Virus record (IMG/VR): IMGVR_UViG_3300007542_000150
Location: 1-26,876 of that record
Strand: one strand, 5' to 3'
Length of the DNA stretch: 26,876 nt
Source of the DNA: a virus
Lineage: Duplodnaviria; Caudoviricetes
The notes below the pieces were generated by a model. That model made no database searches. It was not told the origin of the DNA and worked only from the letters and a program-made list of their open reading frames with translations. This document shows positions 18,397 through 26,876 of this stretch, in pieces (position 1 is the stretch's first letter; each line of letters begins with the position of its first letter). Position numbers and translations under genes: made by a program.

Positions 18397-19029
18397 TTAC
18401 TTTCCTCCGCCGCCTGTGGATTTAGTTTCTGATGTAGTACCAACATTGTTTTGATTCACAAGGCCGAACATACGTTGAATACCTTGGTACTTAGCATCTA
18501 ACTCTGCTTGCCGTTGGTCTTGTTGTGCTTGACCAGACTGCGCTAAGTTTTTATAAGCATTTAGTCCTGATTCAGCACCACCGAAAGCGTTGTTCCGCTG
18601 GGCTTGCACCTCGGCAGCAGACATCTGCGATGCGATCTGACCTGCAGCGCCAGCTGACGCAGCTTGCGCACGAGCTCCACCAAGATTTCCTGTTTGAGAG
18701 AAGGCTCCCTCTTGCGATCCAAGAGCTTGAGTTACTTGATTATTGATCATAGGCTGCATCTGACCTGCTACTCGTCCGTAAGCATCAGCTCCGAAGATGC
18801 CTTGCCCGCGCTGCGCTTGATTGAACGTCGCATTCGCGTCAGCGGTATTAGCACGGATGCCGCTTGCTGCAGCATACTGATCCGCGTTCAAACCCGCTAC
18901 TTTATCAAGTTGTCCCGATTTGTACAGGGATTGGGCGTCTTTTGCTGCTGACTCAATGTAAGGCCGAGACCAATCTGGGGTCCCTGATGTTGTCGTTGAT
19001 GTTTGTGTTTTATTTCCGCCGCCGCCCAT
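18397..19029 (-). CDS. Gln/Ala/Gly-rich internal virion (pilot-like) protein, 210 aa
   Basis: ATG 19029 after AGGAGG. Starts MGGGGNK and ends GGGGK, is Cys-free, and lies at the start of the ejection block. Confidence 0.7.
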   Translation of the reverse strand: MGGGGNKTQTSTTTSGTPDWSRPYIESAAKDAQSLYKSGQLDKVAGLNADQYAAASGIRANTADANATFNQAQRGQGIFGADAYGRVAGQMQPMINNQVTQALGSQEGAFSQTGNLGGARAQAASAGAAGQIASQMSAAEVQAQRNNAFGGAESGLNAYKNLAQSGQAQQDQRQAELDAKYQGIQRMFGLVNQNNVGTTSETKSTGGGGK

Positions 19030-19453
19030 GATGAGCACCTCCTAAATCTTTTGTGAGTATTGTATATGGTTCGTAGTACCCGTACTTGGACAGAACACGT
19101 TGCCAGCCTCGCCGTCCGTAGACGTTGACCTTCTCGCAACCCTCAGCCTCTGCGAACTCTTCAAAGAGCTTTAAGACTTCTGGTCCTTCAGAGAACCAAT
19201 CAGGGTGGGTAGTGGTCACGATCGCAAAGATCTTAGTACCTTCAGTTTCTTCAAACCTAGTGATAGCTACACCGAGAATATCTCCATGCTCATCTTCATC
19301 AACCCAACACTGTGCAACCGCACCAAGGCATTGAATGAATAGACCGTATGAAGTAACGGTTCCTGACCCATGGAGTAGAGCCTCCTCGACTTGGGGTACA
19401 ATTTCTGACCACCGCCGAGCGAGAGTATCTCCAGAGATTCTCTTTAAGTTCAT
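19010..19453 (-). CDS. Virion assembly protein with possible GNAT-like fold (position of T7 gp13 / P22 gp14)
   Basis: 147 aa. C-terminal FAEAEGCEKVNVYGRRGWQRVLSKYGY pattern typical of phage acyltransferase-like assembly proteins. GAGGA RBS. Confidence 0.55.
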   Translation of the reverse strand: MNLKRISGDTLARRWSEIVPQVEEALLHGSGTVTSYGLFIQCLGAVAQCWVDEDEHGDILGVAITRFEETEGTKIFAIVTTTHPDWFSEGPEVLKLFEEFAEAEGCEKVNVYGRRGWQRVLSKYGYYEPYTILTKDLGGAHHGRRRK

Positions 19454-19485
19454 GTTGTTGTCCTCAGTTCTAAGCTAGGTTATTG

Positions 19486-20259
19486 TTAAGTTATCGTTGC
19501 GAGTTCTGTTATGTTCCCGACGATTTCCAAGTCTCCAGCAGCTGTGAGCTTCATCTTGTTCACGCCAAGGGTGGCGAAGTACAAGGACCCACTTGATTCT
19601 GTTATAGTCCAGTCACCGAAGTCTACTGTAGGTACGCCTAAGGTACCCGTCATAGTTCCACCTGCTAAAGGAAGAGCTGCGTTAGCTGTTGCCGTGGTAG
19701 CTGTTAAGACACCATCTCTTTCTGAGATATCTACGCCGTCTACAGTACCTAACGCTGTCATCGTAATATTACCCGTCATAGTTCCACCTGAAAGTGGCAA
19801 ATATGTAGACGTTAGACTAGTGAAGTCATACAGAGCGACAGGAGTGTTACCAGTCTCTGTTGTCGTAGCAAACGGTGCAATCGCATCTTTGAATATGATC
19901 TTTGAGTAGTAAACAGTATCAGTACTTGTTGGGTCAATAGTTGGAGGAGTTTGAGACCAACCAGCGGTGATGCTTGATAACACTCCTGTAAACCACGTGA
20001 TGGTTGCAGTAGGAGCACTTGGTGGAGAGCTTACTGCTGGATCAGAGTATAGAGTAACTTCAGCATAGTGAGGTCCTTCTACTCCGTCTGCACCTGTCGG
20101 TCCTATCGGTCCTGTCAGTCCTACAGCTCCCTCCGCACCACCAAGCGTTGCCTCAAATGACGCGGACGTGACTAGTTGGGTATTGATAACTTGTGTTACC
20201 TGGTTCATCCAACTATCGTGACTCGGAACTCCGAGAATAGGAGGTCTAATTACCGGCAT
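19486..20259 (-). CDS. Tail-associated fibre/needle protein with a short collagen-like stretch
   Basis: GAEGAVGLTGPIGPTGADGVEGP (Gly-X-Y), two LPL(S/A)GGTMTG fibre repeats, TAATG-coupled to the upstream tail gene. Confidence 0.7.
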   Translation of the reverse strand: MPVIRPPILGVPSHDSWMNQVTQVINTQLVTSASFEATLGGAEGAVGLTGPIGPTGADGVEGPHYAEVTLYSDPAVSSPPSAPTATITWFTGVLSSITAGWSQTPPTIDPTSTDTVYYSKIIFKDAIAPFATTTETGNTPVALYDFTSLTSTYLPLSGGTMTGNITMTALGTVDGVDISERDGVLTATTATANAALPLAGGTMTGTLGVPTVDFGDWTITESSGSLYFATLGVNKMKLTAAGDLEIVGNITELATIT

Positions 20260-22025
20260 TACCTACGTCCCCCACGGTTTACTTCAAACTGCATGTTAGT
20301 CAAAGCGAAGCCGTTATCAGTTATTGCATCTGCATCATGCGTGATGCGGTAGCTCGCGTAACGACCTTGCACTCTGAGATCTTGTTTGTAATCAGATGTG
20401 ATATCAAAGGTAGTAGCTGTCAACTGTCGATTGTCTGTATCCGTGGGATCACGATCTTGGCCGGGCGCGTTAGAGCCCACAATGCGTGTCTCGAACTCTC
20501 CGTTGCCCTCCACTACGTATACAACAGACGTCAGCGTATCTGTCTCAAAGTCAGGAGCAACAGACATTCTACGGCGCTCTACGTATGCAGGTTCCGCAAA
20601 TCCATCGTTGACTGTCTTAACAGAAGTGCTGTCTGTGATTAGTAGATCATCTGATACATCTGTGAGAGAGATAGGCATAGTACCCGCTCGCTTAGTCCAC
20701 AAATCCGCACGGTAGTTGTACACGTACATAGTCGCTGTCGTGGGCTTCCAAAACCAAAGTTCATCCCACTTATTGAACCGTTGAACTTTATACCCACCGT
20801 TATTACGGAAGTTATTACGTACACGGCCGGCGGCTATAGAAATGATAGTTCCTGGGTGTCCTGCAAAGATATAAACATCATCATTACTCACAACTACGTG
20901 CTTACCATCTATCTCTGCCACGGAGTCGACAGATGCCGCACCATAGTGGCTTGTCACTGTAGATACTTGGAATGGGATAGAGGAGTTGCCAGTCTGCTGA
21001 ATCGAGTGAATAGATGAGTCAGTATAGATGTAGAGAATCCCTTGGAGTTCTGCCATATCTTTGATGACGCCTGTGGATGATAGGATGAATTCGTCAGCAG
21101 TGTTTGCCCCGAGAAAGAACGGATTCCAGTTCTTAGGAATGCTGCCTGGAGCCGCCACGTTTGAGGTACGCACTGTACCGGTCAAAGTGCGAATACCATC
21201 TTCTACAAGGTTGCCCGCTACAAGCAGGTTCCCGTAGGATCGAATGACTCCGCAGGTGACTGACACAACAGGATCAGACACAGAGACAATGGTAAATGTG
21301 CTACCACCAAGATCGGCTGCCGGGGTAAACGTGTAACCAGTTGCGGATACTCCGCTGATGACCCCGATGCCATCGAGCGTTCCATCTGGAACGATAGTGT
21401 ATGTAGGTCCACCCGTTACAGAGATCGTTACTACCTCTGTTTGAATAGGATCAGACACACTTCGAGGAGTGTTCGTTACTTGAATTGTAAACCCATCAGA
21501 GATGGCTACAGAGATCGTAACAGGCTTTCGTGAACCATCGTCGATGTAGGAAAGTTCGGTGGTCTCAACTGCGTATGAGTCCCAACCAGGCAAAGGGGCT
21601 AAGTCAGCTAGGTTATCTTGTAAAAACTGTGGAGTTGTGATCCCGTTGTTCAAGATGAAATGAAAACCGCCGTTGAACTCGGTATGCTGCCACTCAGCTG
21701 ACGTTGATGTGGTCATGGTTCCTGTAGAGATCACAGTGTCGCGAGCTGCGTTATAGACATCAACGGTTGCTGTAGTACTAGCACCGTGAACAACAACATA
21801 GCGCAAGCCCGACGGCGAGTTCCATGAAGCTACATACAAGAGGTCCGAGACTGCGGGAGTGAACGTTAGCGCTGCTGATTCACCGGGGAATTTACGAACA
21901 GCTCCATCAAGGAACCGGACGTTAAGAACGTCGCTAAATGCGTTAGGTGGTAAGGCAGCACTCGGGGTATCTTCAATCAACCCGAATGCCGCGAGATCAC
22001 CTACTGGTAGGATTTCAGTGGCCAT
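20259..22025 (-). CDS. Tail tubular / nozzle (head-closure, P22 gp10 / T7 gp12-like) protein
   Basis: 588 aa, beta-rich. N-terminal GLIEDTPSAALPPNAFSDVLNVRF, AAGGAG RBS, and position just before the ejection genes. Confidence 0.65.
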   Translation of the reverse strand: MATEILPVGDLAAFGLIEDTPSAALPPNAFSDVLNVRFLDGAVRKFPGESAALTFTPAVSDLLYVASWNSPSGLRYVVVHGASTTATVDVYNAARDTVISTGTMTTSTSAEWQHTEFNGGFHFILNNGITTPQFLQDNLADLAPLPGWDSYAVETTELSYIDDGSRKPVTISVAISDGFTIQVTNTPRSVSDPIQTEVVTISVTGGPTYTIVPDGTLDGIGVISGVSATGYTFTPAADLGGSTFTIVSVSDPVVSVTCGVIRSYGNLLVAGNLVEDGIRTLTGTVRTSNVAAPGSIPKNWNPFFLGANTADEFILSSTGVIKDMAELQGILYIYTDSSIHSIQQTGNSSIPFQVSTVTSHYGAASVDSVAEIDGKHVVVSNDDVYIFAGHPGTIISIAAGRVRNNFRNNGGYKVQRFNKWDELWFWKPTTATMYVYNYRADLWTKRAGTMPISLTDVSDDLLITDSTSVKTVNDGFAEPAYVERRRMSVAPDFETDTLTSVVYVVEGNGEFETRIVGSNAPGQDRDPTDTDNRQLTATTFDITSDYKQDLRVQGRYASYRITHDADAITDNGFALTNMQFEVNRGGRR

Positions 22026-22046
22026 TGCTCACTCCTTAGTTTTATG

Positions 22047-23756
22047 TTAAGAACACTCTCGTTGTCCAGTGGCTGCATCGAAGAAACAAGCCTTAGCTTC
22101 CTCTTCAGCAACCTCTACTGCTTCCATAACCTCATTGAGGATACCATAGCGTTTTCCAGCCATGCGGAATGTCGTGCATCCTTTAGCGCCTTCACGCCAA
22201 GCGGTTTCATACACACCTTTGAACTGCTCGTAGGTAACATCGTCGCCTACATTGATAGTTTTTGAACATGCTGAGTCAATGTAATGCTGTGCGAGAGTAA
22301 GAACAGCAAGGTGCTCGTCAACAGAGAGATCGTTAGCTTTACGGCCTTCGACTCCACGGACGTACGCATAGTCTTCTACACGCTCAACACGAGGACCATC
22401 AAACGTTTGAATGGTGCGGTCGTAGAAGTGTGAGAATACAGGTTCAATACCACCAGAGATGTTATCGGCAACCAGCGAGATAGTTCCAGTGGGTGCAATA
22501 GATGTCAGATGAGAGTTACGGATGCCGTACTCGCGGATCTCATTACGAACAGAAGCTGGAAGAGTGCGGATGAAGTTACCTTTCAGATACTCATCGCGAT
22601 ACAGTGGGAATGCTCCCTTCTCTTTAGCCAGTCGTGCAGACGCCCGATACGTGTTGTCACGGAGACAAGCAAACAACTTCTCCATCCATTCTAAGAACTC
22701 TGGAGACCCATACGAGTAACCAAGCATCTCGCCAGCATTCGCTAGACCAGTAAAGCCAAGACCCATGCGGCGCTTGTTACGTGCTTCAGTTGCTTGCTCT
22801 TCAAGCGGATAGATCGTACGATCAATTACGTTATCCACAGCCCGTACAACGTGAGGGATATCTTTCTTGAGTTGTGTAAAGTTAAATGTGCCGTCGTCAT
22901 TCACATACTTAGTAGCATTGAATGAGCCTAGGAGACATGCTCCGTAAGGTGGAAGAGGCTGTTCGCCGCAGGGGTTTGTGGCCGCAATCTCTTCACAATA
23001 ATATAAGTTATTCATCTCTTTGATGCGATCAATGAATAGGACACCAGGCTCTGCCCAGTCCCAAGTATTTTGCATAATGATATCCCACAGTTCGCGGGCC
23101 TTCACCGTCTCAAATACAATCCCTTCAAATACCAAATCAAAGGAGTCATCCTCTTTCGTCAGTGCTTGCATGAACTTATCTGTGATACCTACACTTACGT
23201 TGAAGCCAGTTAGTACATGAGAGTTAGACTTAGCCTTGATGAATTCAGCGATATCAGGATGGTCAACACGTAGCACACCCATCTGAGCACCTCGGCGGTG
23301 TCCTGATGAGGAGATGGTTTGACATACGGCATCAAAGATACCCATAAAGGAAACGGGACCAGAGGCAGATGAATCAAGAGATAGGATTGTCTTACCACGT
23401 GGGCGGATCTTAGAGAAGTCGTAGCCGATGCCACCACCTCTTCGCATTGTTTCAGCAGCTTCAGCAGCTTTCTCCATAATGGAGTGCATGCTATCTTCAA
23501 TCTCACCAGATACAAAGCAGTTGAAGCTAGTGACTACCTTCTTCCCACCCATTGATGCTTGAACACGACCAGCAGGTAGAAACCTCATTTCCCCAAAGAT
23601 GTCTTCAAGGTCTAAACGGTGATCTTCACCATCACTCATAGAATCAGCTAGCCGCTTAATCTTATCATGGAATGTCTCACCCTCTTGCCGATACTTCATA
23701 GCATCGATCTCTTGAGAGAGTGGTGTAGTCGGGCCTTTCTAGATTCTATTGTCCAC
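22047..23756 (-). CDS. nrdJ: Class II (adenosylcobalamin-dependent) ribonucleotide reductase; in-frame TAG at codon 6, open ORF from ATG 23699
   Basis: RFLPAGR, FNCF, GGGIGYDFS, RRGAQMG, TNPCGEQPL (thiyl Cys), RRMGLG, APTGTIS and a C-terminal Cys pair. No beta-subunit gene is adjacent. The GAGGA RBS precedes GTG 23756. Confidence 0.9.
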
Positions 23757-23783
23757 GTGTGTGTCCTCGTTATAGATTGATTA

Positions 23784-23826
23784 ATAGGTGGGTGCCTATC
23801 CCTATAAGGGACGGATACCCAGCTAT
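23784..23826. promoter_or_regulatory. Long imperfect hairpin between the lysis cassette and RNR (processing site, promoter or attenuator)
   Basis: About 20-bp imperfect inverted repeat ATAGGTGGGTGCCTATCCCT-ATA-AGGGACGGATACCCAGCTAT with no U-tract. Confidence 0.45.
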
Positions 23827-23829
23827 CTA

Positions 23830-24027
23830 TCAAGCTTCACAAACGGCTCTTCGCTTCTCAAGGAAGTTGTCTAACTCCGCGAGTGATTGATCGCTAAGCC
23901 TTTCAAGTTCAACTTGTGTGAAGGTAGGAACATTGAGTCTACACAGGACCTCAGTCCTTCCGGACATTACCGTTGTCGCGCAGCCGCTTAATACGAGCAT
24001 CCCTACTAAGATCAGTGTCAACCGCAT
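23830..24027 (-). CDS. o-spanin-like lipoprotein (Rz1-like)
   Basis: Signal peptide MRLTLILVGMLVLSGC with lipobox LSGC, AGGAGG RBS, overlaps the 3' end of the i-spanin-like gene. Confidence 0.8.
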   Translation of the reverse strand: MRLTLILVGMLVLSGCATTVMSGRTEVLCRLNVPTFTQVELERLSDQSLAELDNFLEKRRAVCEA

Positions 24028-24193
24028 CTTCCGCCTCCTTCGCTTTTTTGTAATCCTTCAAGTCTTTGACTTGTAGATCCTTCTTCATATCTCGACGACC
24101 CACTTGAAATACTAGCAGTATCGAAGCCACGGCAGCCAAGGCACCAGCCACAAGGCGTCCCAGTTTGGATCCAACAAATGTAATTAGCCACAT
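23951..24193 (-). CDS. i-spanin-like membrane protein (Rz-like)
   Basis: N-terminal TM segment followed by a charged helical region, TGATG-coupled to the holin-like gene, overlapped by the lipoprotein gene. Confidence 0.7.
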   Translation of the reverse strand: MWLITFVGSKLGRLVAGALAAVASILLVFQVGRRDMKKDLQVKDLKDYKKAKEAEDAVDTDLSRDARIKRLRDNGNVRKD

Positions 24194-24375
24194 CACTTGC
24201 TCTTTACTATCTGTTTAGCGTAAGCATCTAATCCAAATGCAACAGTAACGAACGCGAAGATTGGAGTGATGAAAAGTTCAATCATCTGTACGTCGCCCCA
24301 GAAGGCTAACCCACCGAGAAACACAAGCATCATTAATGCAAGTTCACGTTTGAATGTTTTAGTGTTAACGCTCAT
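24193..24375 (-). CDS. Putative holin (60 aa, two TM segments)
   Basis: Two hydrophobic helices, basic C-terminus (AKQIVKSK), AGGAGG RBS, inside the lysis cassette. Confidence 0.65.
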   Translation of the reverse strand: MSVNTKTFKRELALMMLVFLGGLAFWGDVQMIELFITPIFAFVTVAFGLDAYAKQIVKSK

Positions 24376-24635
24376 GACAAGCCTCCTTTAATGATCCAAC
24401 CAACAAACGCTACAACAAAACCACCTCCAATGATAAACAGCAGCTTATTGAGGTTGTTGTTGAGGTTATCCTGAGAAGCTTTGATGTGTGTGATATCGCT
24501 ACGCATCTCTACAAGGCTTTTCTCTAGCAGGTGATGCCCTTCAATATACTTGGTTTGAACAGACCTGATCTCAACGAGGCTAGCTGCTAAGTCTTCGATC
24601 TCTTTCTTGATGTACCTCAGTTCTGGTGTACTCAT
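24372..24635 (-). CDS. Coiled-coil protein with C-terminal TM anchor (holin/antiholin-like)
   Basis: Heptad-rich region followed by LLFIIGGGFVVAFVGWII. Start is ATG 24635 (TAAGGT RBS) or 24653. Confidence 0.6.
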   Translation of the reverse strand: MSTPELRYIKKEIEDLAASLVEIRSVQTKYIEGHHLLEKSLVEMRSDITHIKASQDNLNNNLNKLLFIIGGGFVVAFVGWIIKGGLS

Positions 24636-24666
24636 GGTGGACCTTATCTCCATTGTATTATTATTA

Positions 24667-25200
24667 TTATTTGACGAACTGAGCACGCTCTGCCTCCCGT
24701 CGCCGGATTAATCCATTGACAACACGTCCACCTGCTTTGTTCCACCGTTTGAATTCAAGTGAAGCAGCATGGAAGTCATTAGCGTTCAACTTACGCAGGA
24801 TCGTAGACTTACTGAAAGCCGTCCCACCTACATTGTAGATGAGAGAGGCAACAGCGTCGTACTGATTCTGCTTAAGAGGAACTTTGACGTACTTGTTGAT
24901 AACTGCTTCGACCCAAGCGAGGTCATGGCGTAGAAGCTCTTCAGCTCCACGTTGAGTGATCTTCATGCCTGGCTTAACAGTCTTAGTGTGTCCATACCCG
25001 ATTGTCCAAACTCCTACGATGTCTTTGTAGGCGGTTAGCTCACATCCTTCGAACTCCTTGATCAGAGATACGTCGGATACGCTAGAGACGCGACTGGACA
25101 TGGGTGGGGTGATCTTCTCTACTGGTTTCGCAGTAGTAGCAGTAAAACTCTTAAAGATGCTCTCTATGAGCAGCTTGATAGCGTTGGTGAGATTTTCCAT
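24667..25200 (-). CDS. Endolysin, GH24 phage lysozyme
   Basis: FEGCELTAYKDIVGVWTIGYGHT carries the E-x8-D-x5-T catalytic triad. Also QYDAVASLIYNVG and GLIRRREAE. Confidence 0.95.
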   Translation of the reverse strand: MENLTNAIKLLIESIFKSFTATTAKPVEKITPPMSSRVSSVSDVSLIKEFEGCELTAYKDIVGVWTIGYGHTKTVKPGMKITQRGAEELLRHDLAWVEAVINKYVKVPLKQNQYDAVASLIYNVGGTAFSKSTILRKLNANDFHAASLEFKRWNKAGGRVVNGLIRRREAERAQFVK

Positions 25201-25215
25201 ATTGTTCCTGTTTGT

Positions 25216-26876
25216 TTAGCGTTCGAAAACTTGGAACTGGCCAGCGGCTAAGACTGTGATGTCTGTTGTGTCTGTTACGTTCTTGATCCAGACCTCAACT
25301 CTGTCATTTTGAGACATGCCAGTTGTAGCAGCAAAGGTTACGTTCTCGGCCCTTGTGCCTGTAGAGCCACCATTGAGTGTAGCTAGGTAGACAGGCCCGA
25401 TGTCCACATAGGACGTAGTAGCGCTGACGTACTTCCTGAGTTGAACTTCAATCTCACGGTTGTTTGAACCTGAGAAGGACATAGAGCCACCAACATCGAC
25501 TTGGATATCTTGGGTGCTGTCTAGCTGTAGGCCACTTGTGTTAGCCTTACTGAACCAGTAGCCCTCTGAGAAGTCACCTACGTTAGGCATCTGGTAAAGG
25601 GTGTCCACTGTGGAGACTGTAATGGTTGCCTCATTTGTAGACCTAAGGGCACCACCGGGGTAAGTGTTACCGATACCAGTGCAGCCCCTGATAAGGGCCT
25701 TGGTGGAGCTTGCTGGCATGTTTGGGATGTTGTTCACAACCTTGTTAGCACGGACACCTGCGAGGTTGAAACCTGCGTCCAGTGTAAAGTTAGCTGGGGC
25801 AAAGTCACAAAAGTAACCACCAGCAGTGCCTAATCCAAGGATGTTGATGTTAGCCCTGAAAGAGCCACCAATAAGTAACCCAGCACCAGCTCTGAACAGA
25901 ACACCAGTTAAAGGTGCGCCAACAACGACACTGTCAACGATAGCAAAACCACCTGACCAAGCACCTGTCAGTGTGAGACCGTCTTTGCAACTAATCCAAG
26001 CTACGTTACGTCCTAATCCCTGTCTGTAGTTCTTAATCTCACCAAGGGAGGTACAAGACAAGAAGTTAACAGTGTTCCACTCACAGGCGTTGAAGTTCTC
26101 TAGGTTGTCTAGATCGAACACCTTAGAGCCTACACCACTGCACCTGATATCTAACGATGTTAGGAATAGGTCACCTGAGTAGGTAATCCCATCAGTCACG
26201 AACAGTGTTTGGTTGTTCTCAGTGCTTACTAGTCCAGAGATGCCAAAACCATGACCAGCTAGGCTAAGACCACCTGAAGGGACAACAATAGACGTTGTAC
26301 CCATGTCGATCTCACCGTCTAGGAAGTAGAGAATAGTGCTGTCGAGTGTACCTGATAACTGCGAGGCAGTCTTAACGTAGACAATTTTATCTGGGACCTC
26401 TGGATGAGGTGTGAATGTGGCAGCACTCGTAGCTGACTGCCCAGCCCAGTATTCTGCCTCTTGTCTTGCTGCCTCTGCTGCCCATGAGTCGGCTTCCGCT
26501 GAGAGCATGTAGCCTTCAGATGCCGTAGCTGATGTCGCTGATGCTGTGGCAGATACTACCGCTGCTGCCGCTGAGACTACTGCTGCGTCCGCACTTGCGT
26601 CTGCTTCTGTAGCTGATACACCAGCTGCGAGCGAGTAAGCCTCTGCTGCATTCTTGGCGTTCGTAGCTATAGTTGATGAGCCGAAAGCAGCCGACGCTGA
26701 ACTAGCTGCGTCTATTTGTGATGCTAAAGCAGCCGCTGCGTAACCCATAGCATGGGATGCTGACGTCGCTGCGTTTGTAGCTGACGCTGAAGCTTGGGCT
26801 GCATAAGCGGCGAGAGAAGTCTCACCGAGTTCAGACCAGTACTTAGCGTTGCCTGGAGTATCACCATCGTTGTAGT
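25216..26876 (-). CDS. Tail fibre / tailspike protein, 5'-truncated by the window
   Basis: Frame stays open to the window edge (YNDGDTPGNAKYWSE...). Ala/Ser-rich ASASATNAATSA stalk repeats are followed by a beta-rich, Gly/Asn-rich putative receptor-binding region. Confidence 0.75.
   Translation of the reverse strand, partial: YNDGDTPGNAKYWSELGETSLAAYAAQASASATNAATSASHAMGYAAAALASQIDAASSASAAFGSSTIATNAKNAAEAYSLAAGVSATEADASADAAVVSAAAAVVSATASATSATASEGYMLSAEADSWAAEAARQEAEYWAGQSATSAATFTPHPEVPDKIVYVKTASQLSGTLDSTILYFLDGEIDMGTTSIVVPSGGLSLAGHGFGISGLVSTENNQTLFVTDGITYSGDLFLTSLDIRCSGVGSKVFDLDNLENFNACEWNTVNFLSCTSLGEIKNYRQGLGRNVAWISCKDGLTLTGAWSGGFAIVDSVVVGAPLTGVLFRAGAGLLIGGSFRANINILGLGTAGGYFCDFAPANFTLDAGFNLAGVRANKVVNNIPNMPASSTKALIRGCTGIGNTYPGGALRSTNEATITVSTVDTLYQMPNVGDFSEGYWFSKANTSGLQLDSTQDIQVDVGGSMSFSGSNNREIEVQLRKYVSATTSYVDIGPVYLATLNGGSTGTRAENVTFAATTGMSQNDRVEVWIKNVTDTTDITVLAAGQFQVFER

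Noticed and set aside
7522-23220. Many 60-150 aa + strand ORFs opposite the late genes, and the equivalent - strand ORFs in the early arm
   Set aside because: They are antisense shadows of long coding genes, with no motifs or convincing RBS.
23757-23829. Cobalamin riboswitch upstream of the class II RNR
   Set aside because: The spacer is only ~73 nt, holds a single hairpin, and has no recognisable B12-box.
7431-26876. Genome-wide TAG reassignment (alternative genetic code) in the late arm
   Set aside because: The long late ORFs (1142, 1291, 992, 588 and >510 aa) contain no internal TAG under the standard code. Only two suggestive TAGs exist, so at most local readthrough is supportable.
1-26876. 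tRNA genes, introns/inteins, integrase or transposase
   Set aside because: Intergenic gaps are too short, and no cloverleaf, splice-junction or recombinase motifs were seen. Polymerase, helicase and RNR motif spacing leaves no room for inteins.

Overview
The window is an internal ~27 kb piece of a lytic, podovirus-type dsDNA phage genome that probably infects a Gram-negative host (it has spanin-like genes and a B12-dependent RNR). Both end genes are truncated by the window. Two convergent arms meet at a bidirectional intrinsic terminator (~7344-7395). The + arm carries T7-like replication genes: family A DNA polymerase, a Zn-finger ORF, 5'-3' exonuclease, RusA-like resolvase, primase-helicase and dCMP deaminase. 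It ends with a compact 729-aa T7-type single-subunit RNA polymerase and a 91-aa ORF. The - arm carries a tail fibre, a lysis cassette, a class II ribonucleotide reductase, tail proteins and five consecutive cysteine-free internal virion (ejection) proteins. The main finding is that the last of these (1142 aa, 7431-10859) has all the catalytic motifs of a second, highly divergent single-subunit RNA polymerase, with an N4 vRNAP-like motif A. The phage therefore appears to have a two-RNAP programme with a stand-alone, compact, virion-packaged RNAP. Other oddities are an SNase-like nuclease domain on the gp16-like ejection protein, an in-frame TAG at codon 6 of the RNR gene, and a paired E->Q / Y->F change in the DNA polymerase active site. 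All family calls come from motif recognition by eye; no database searches were run.
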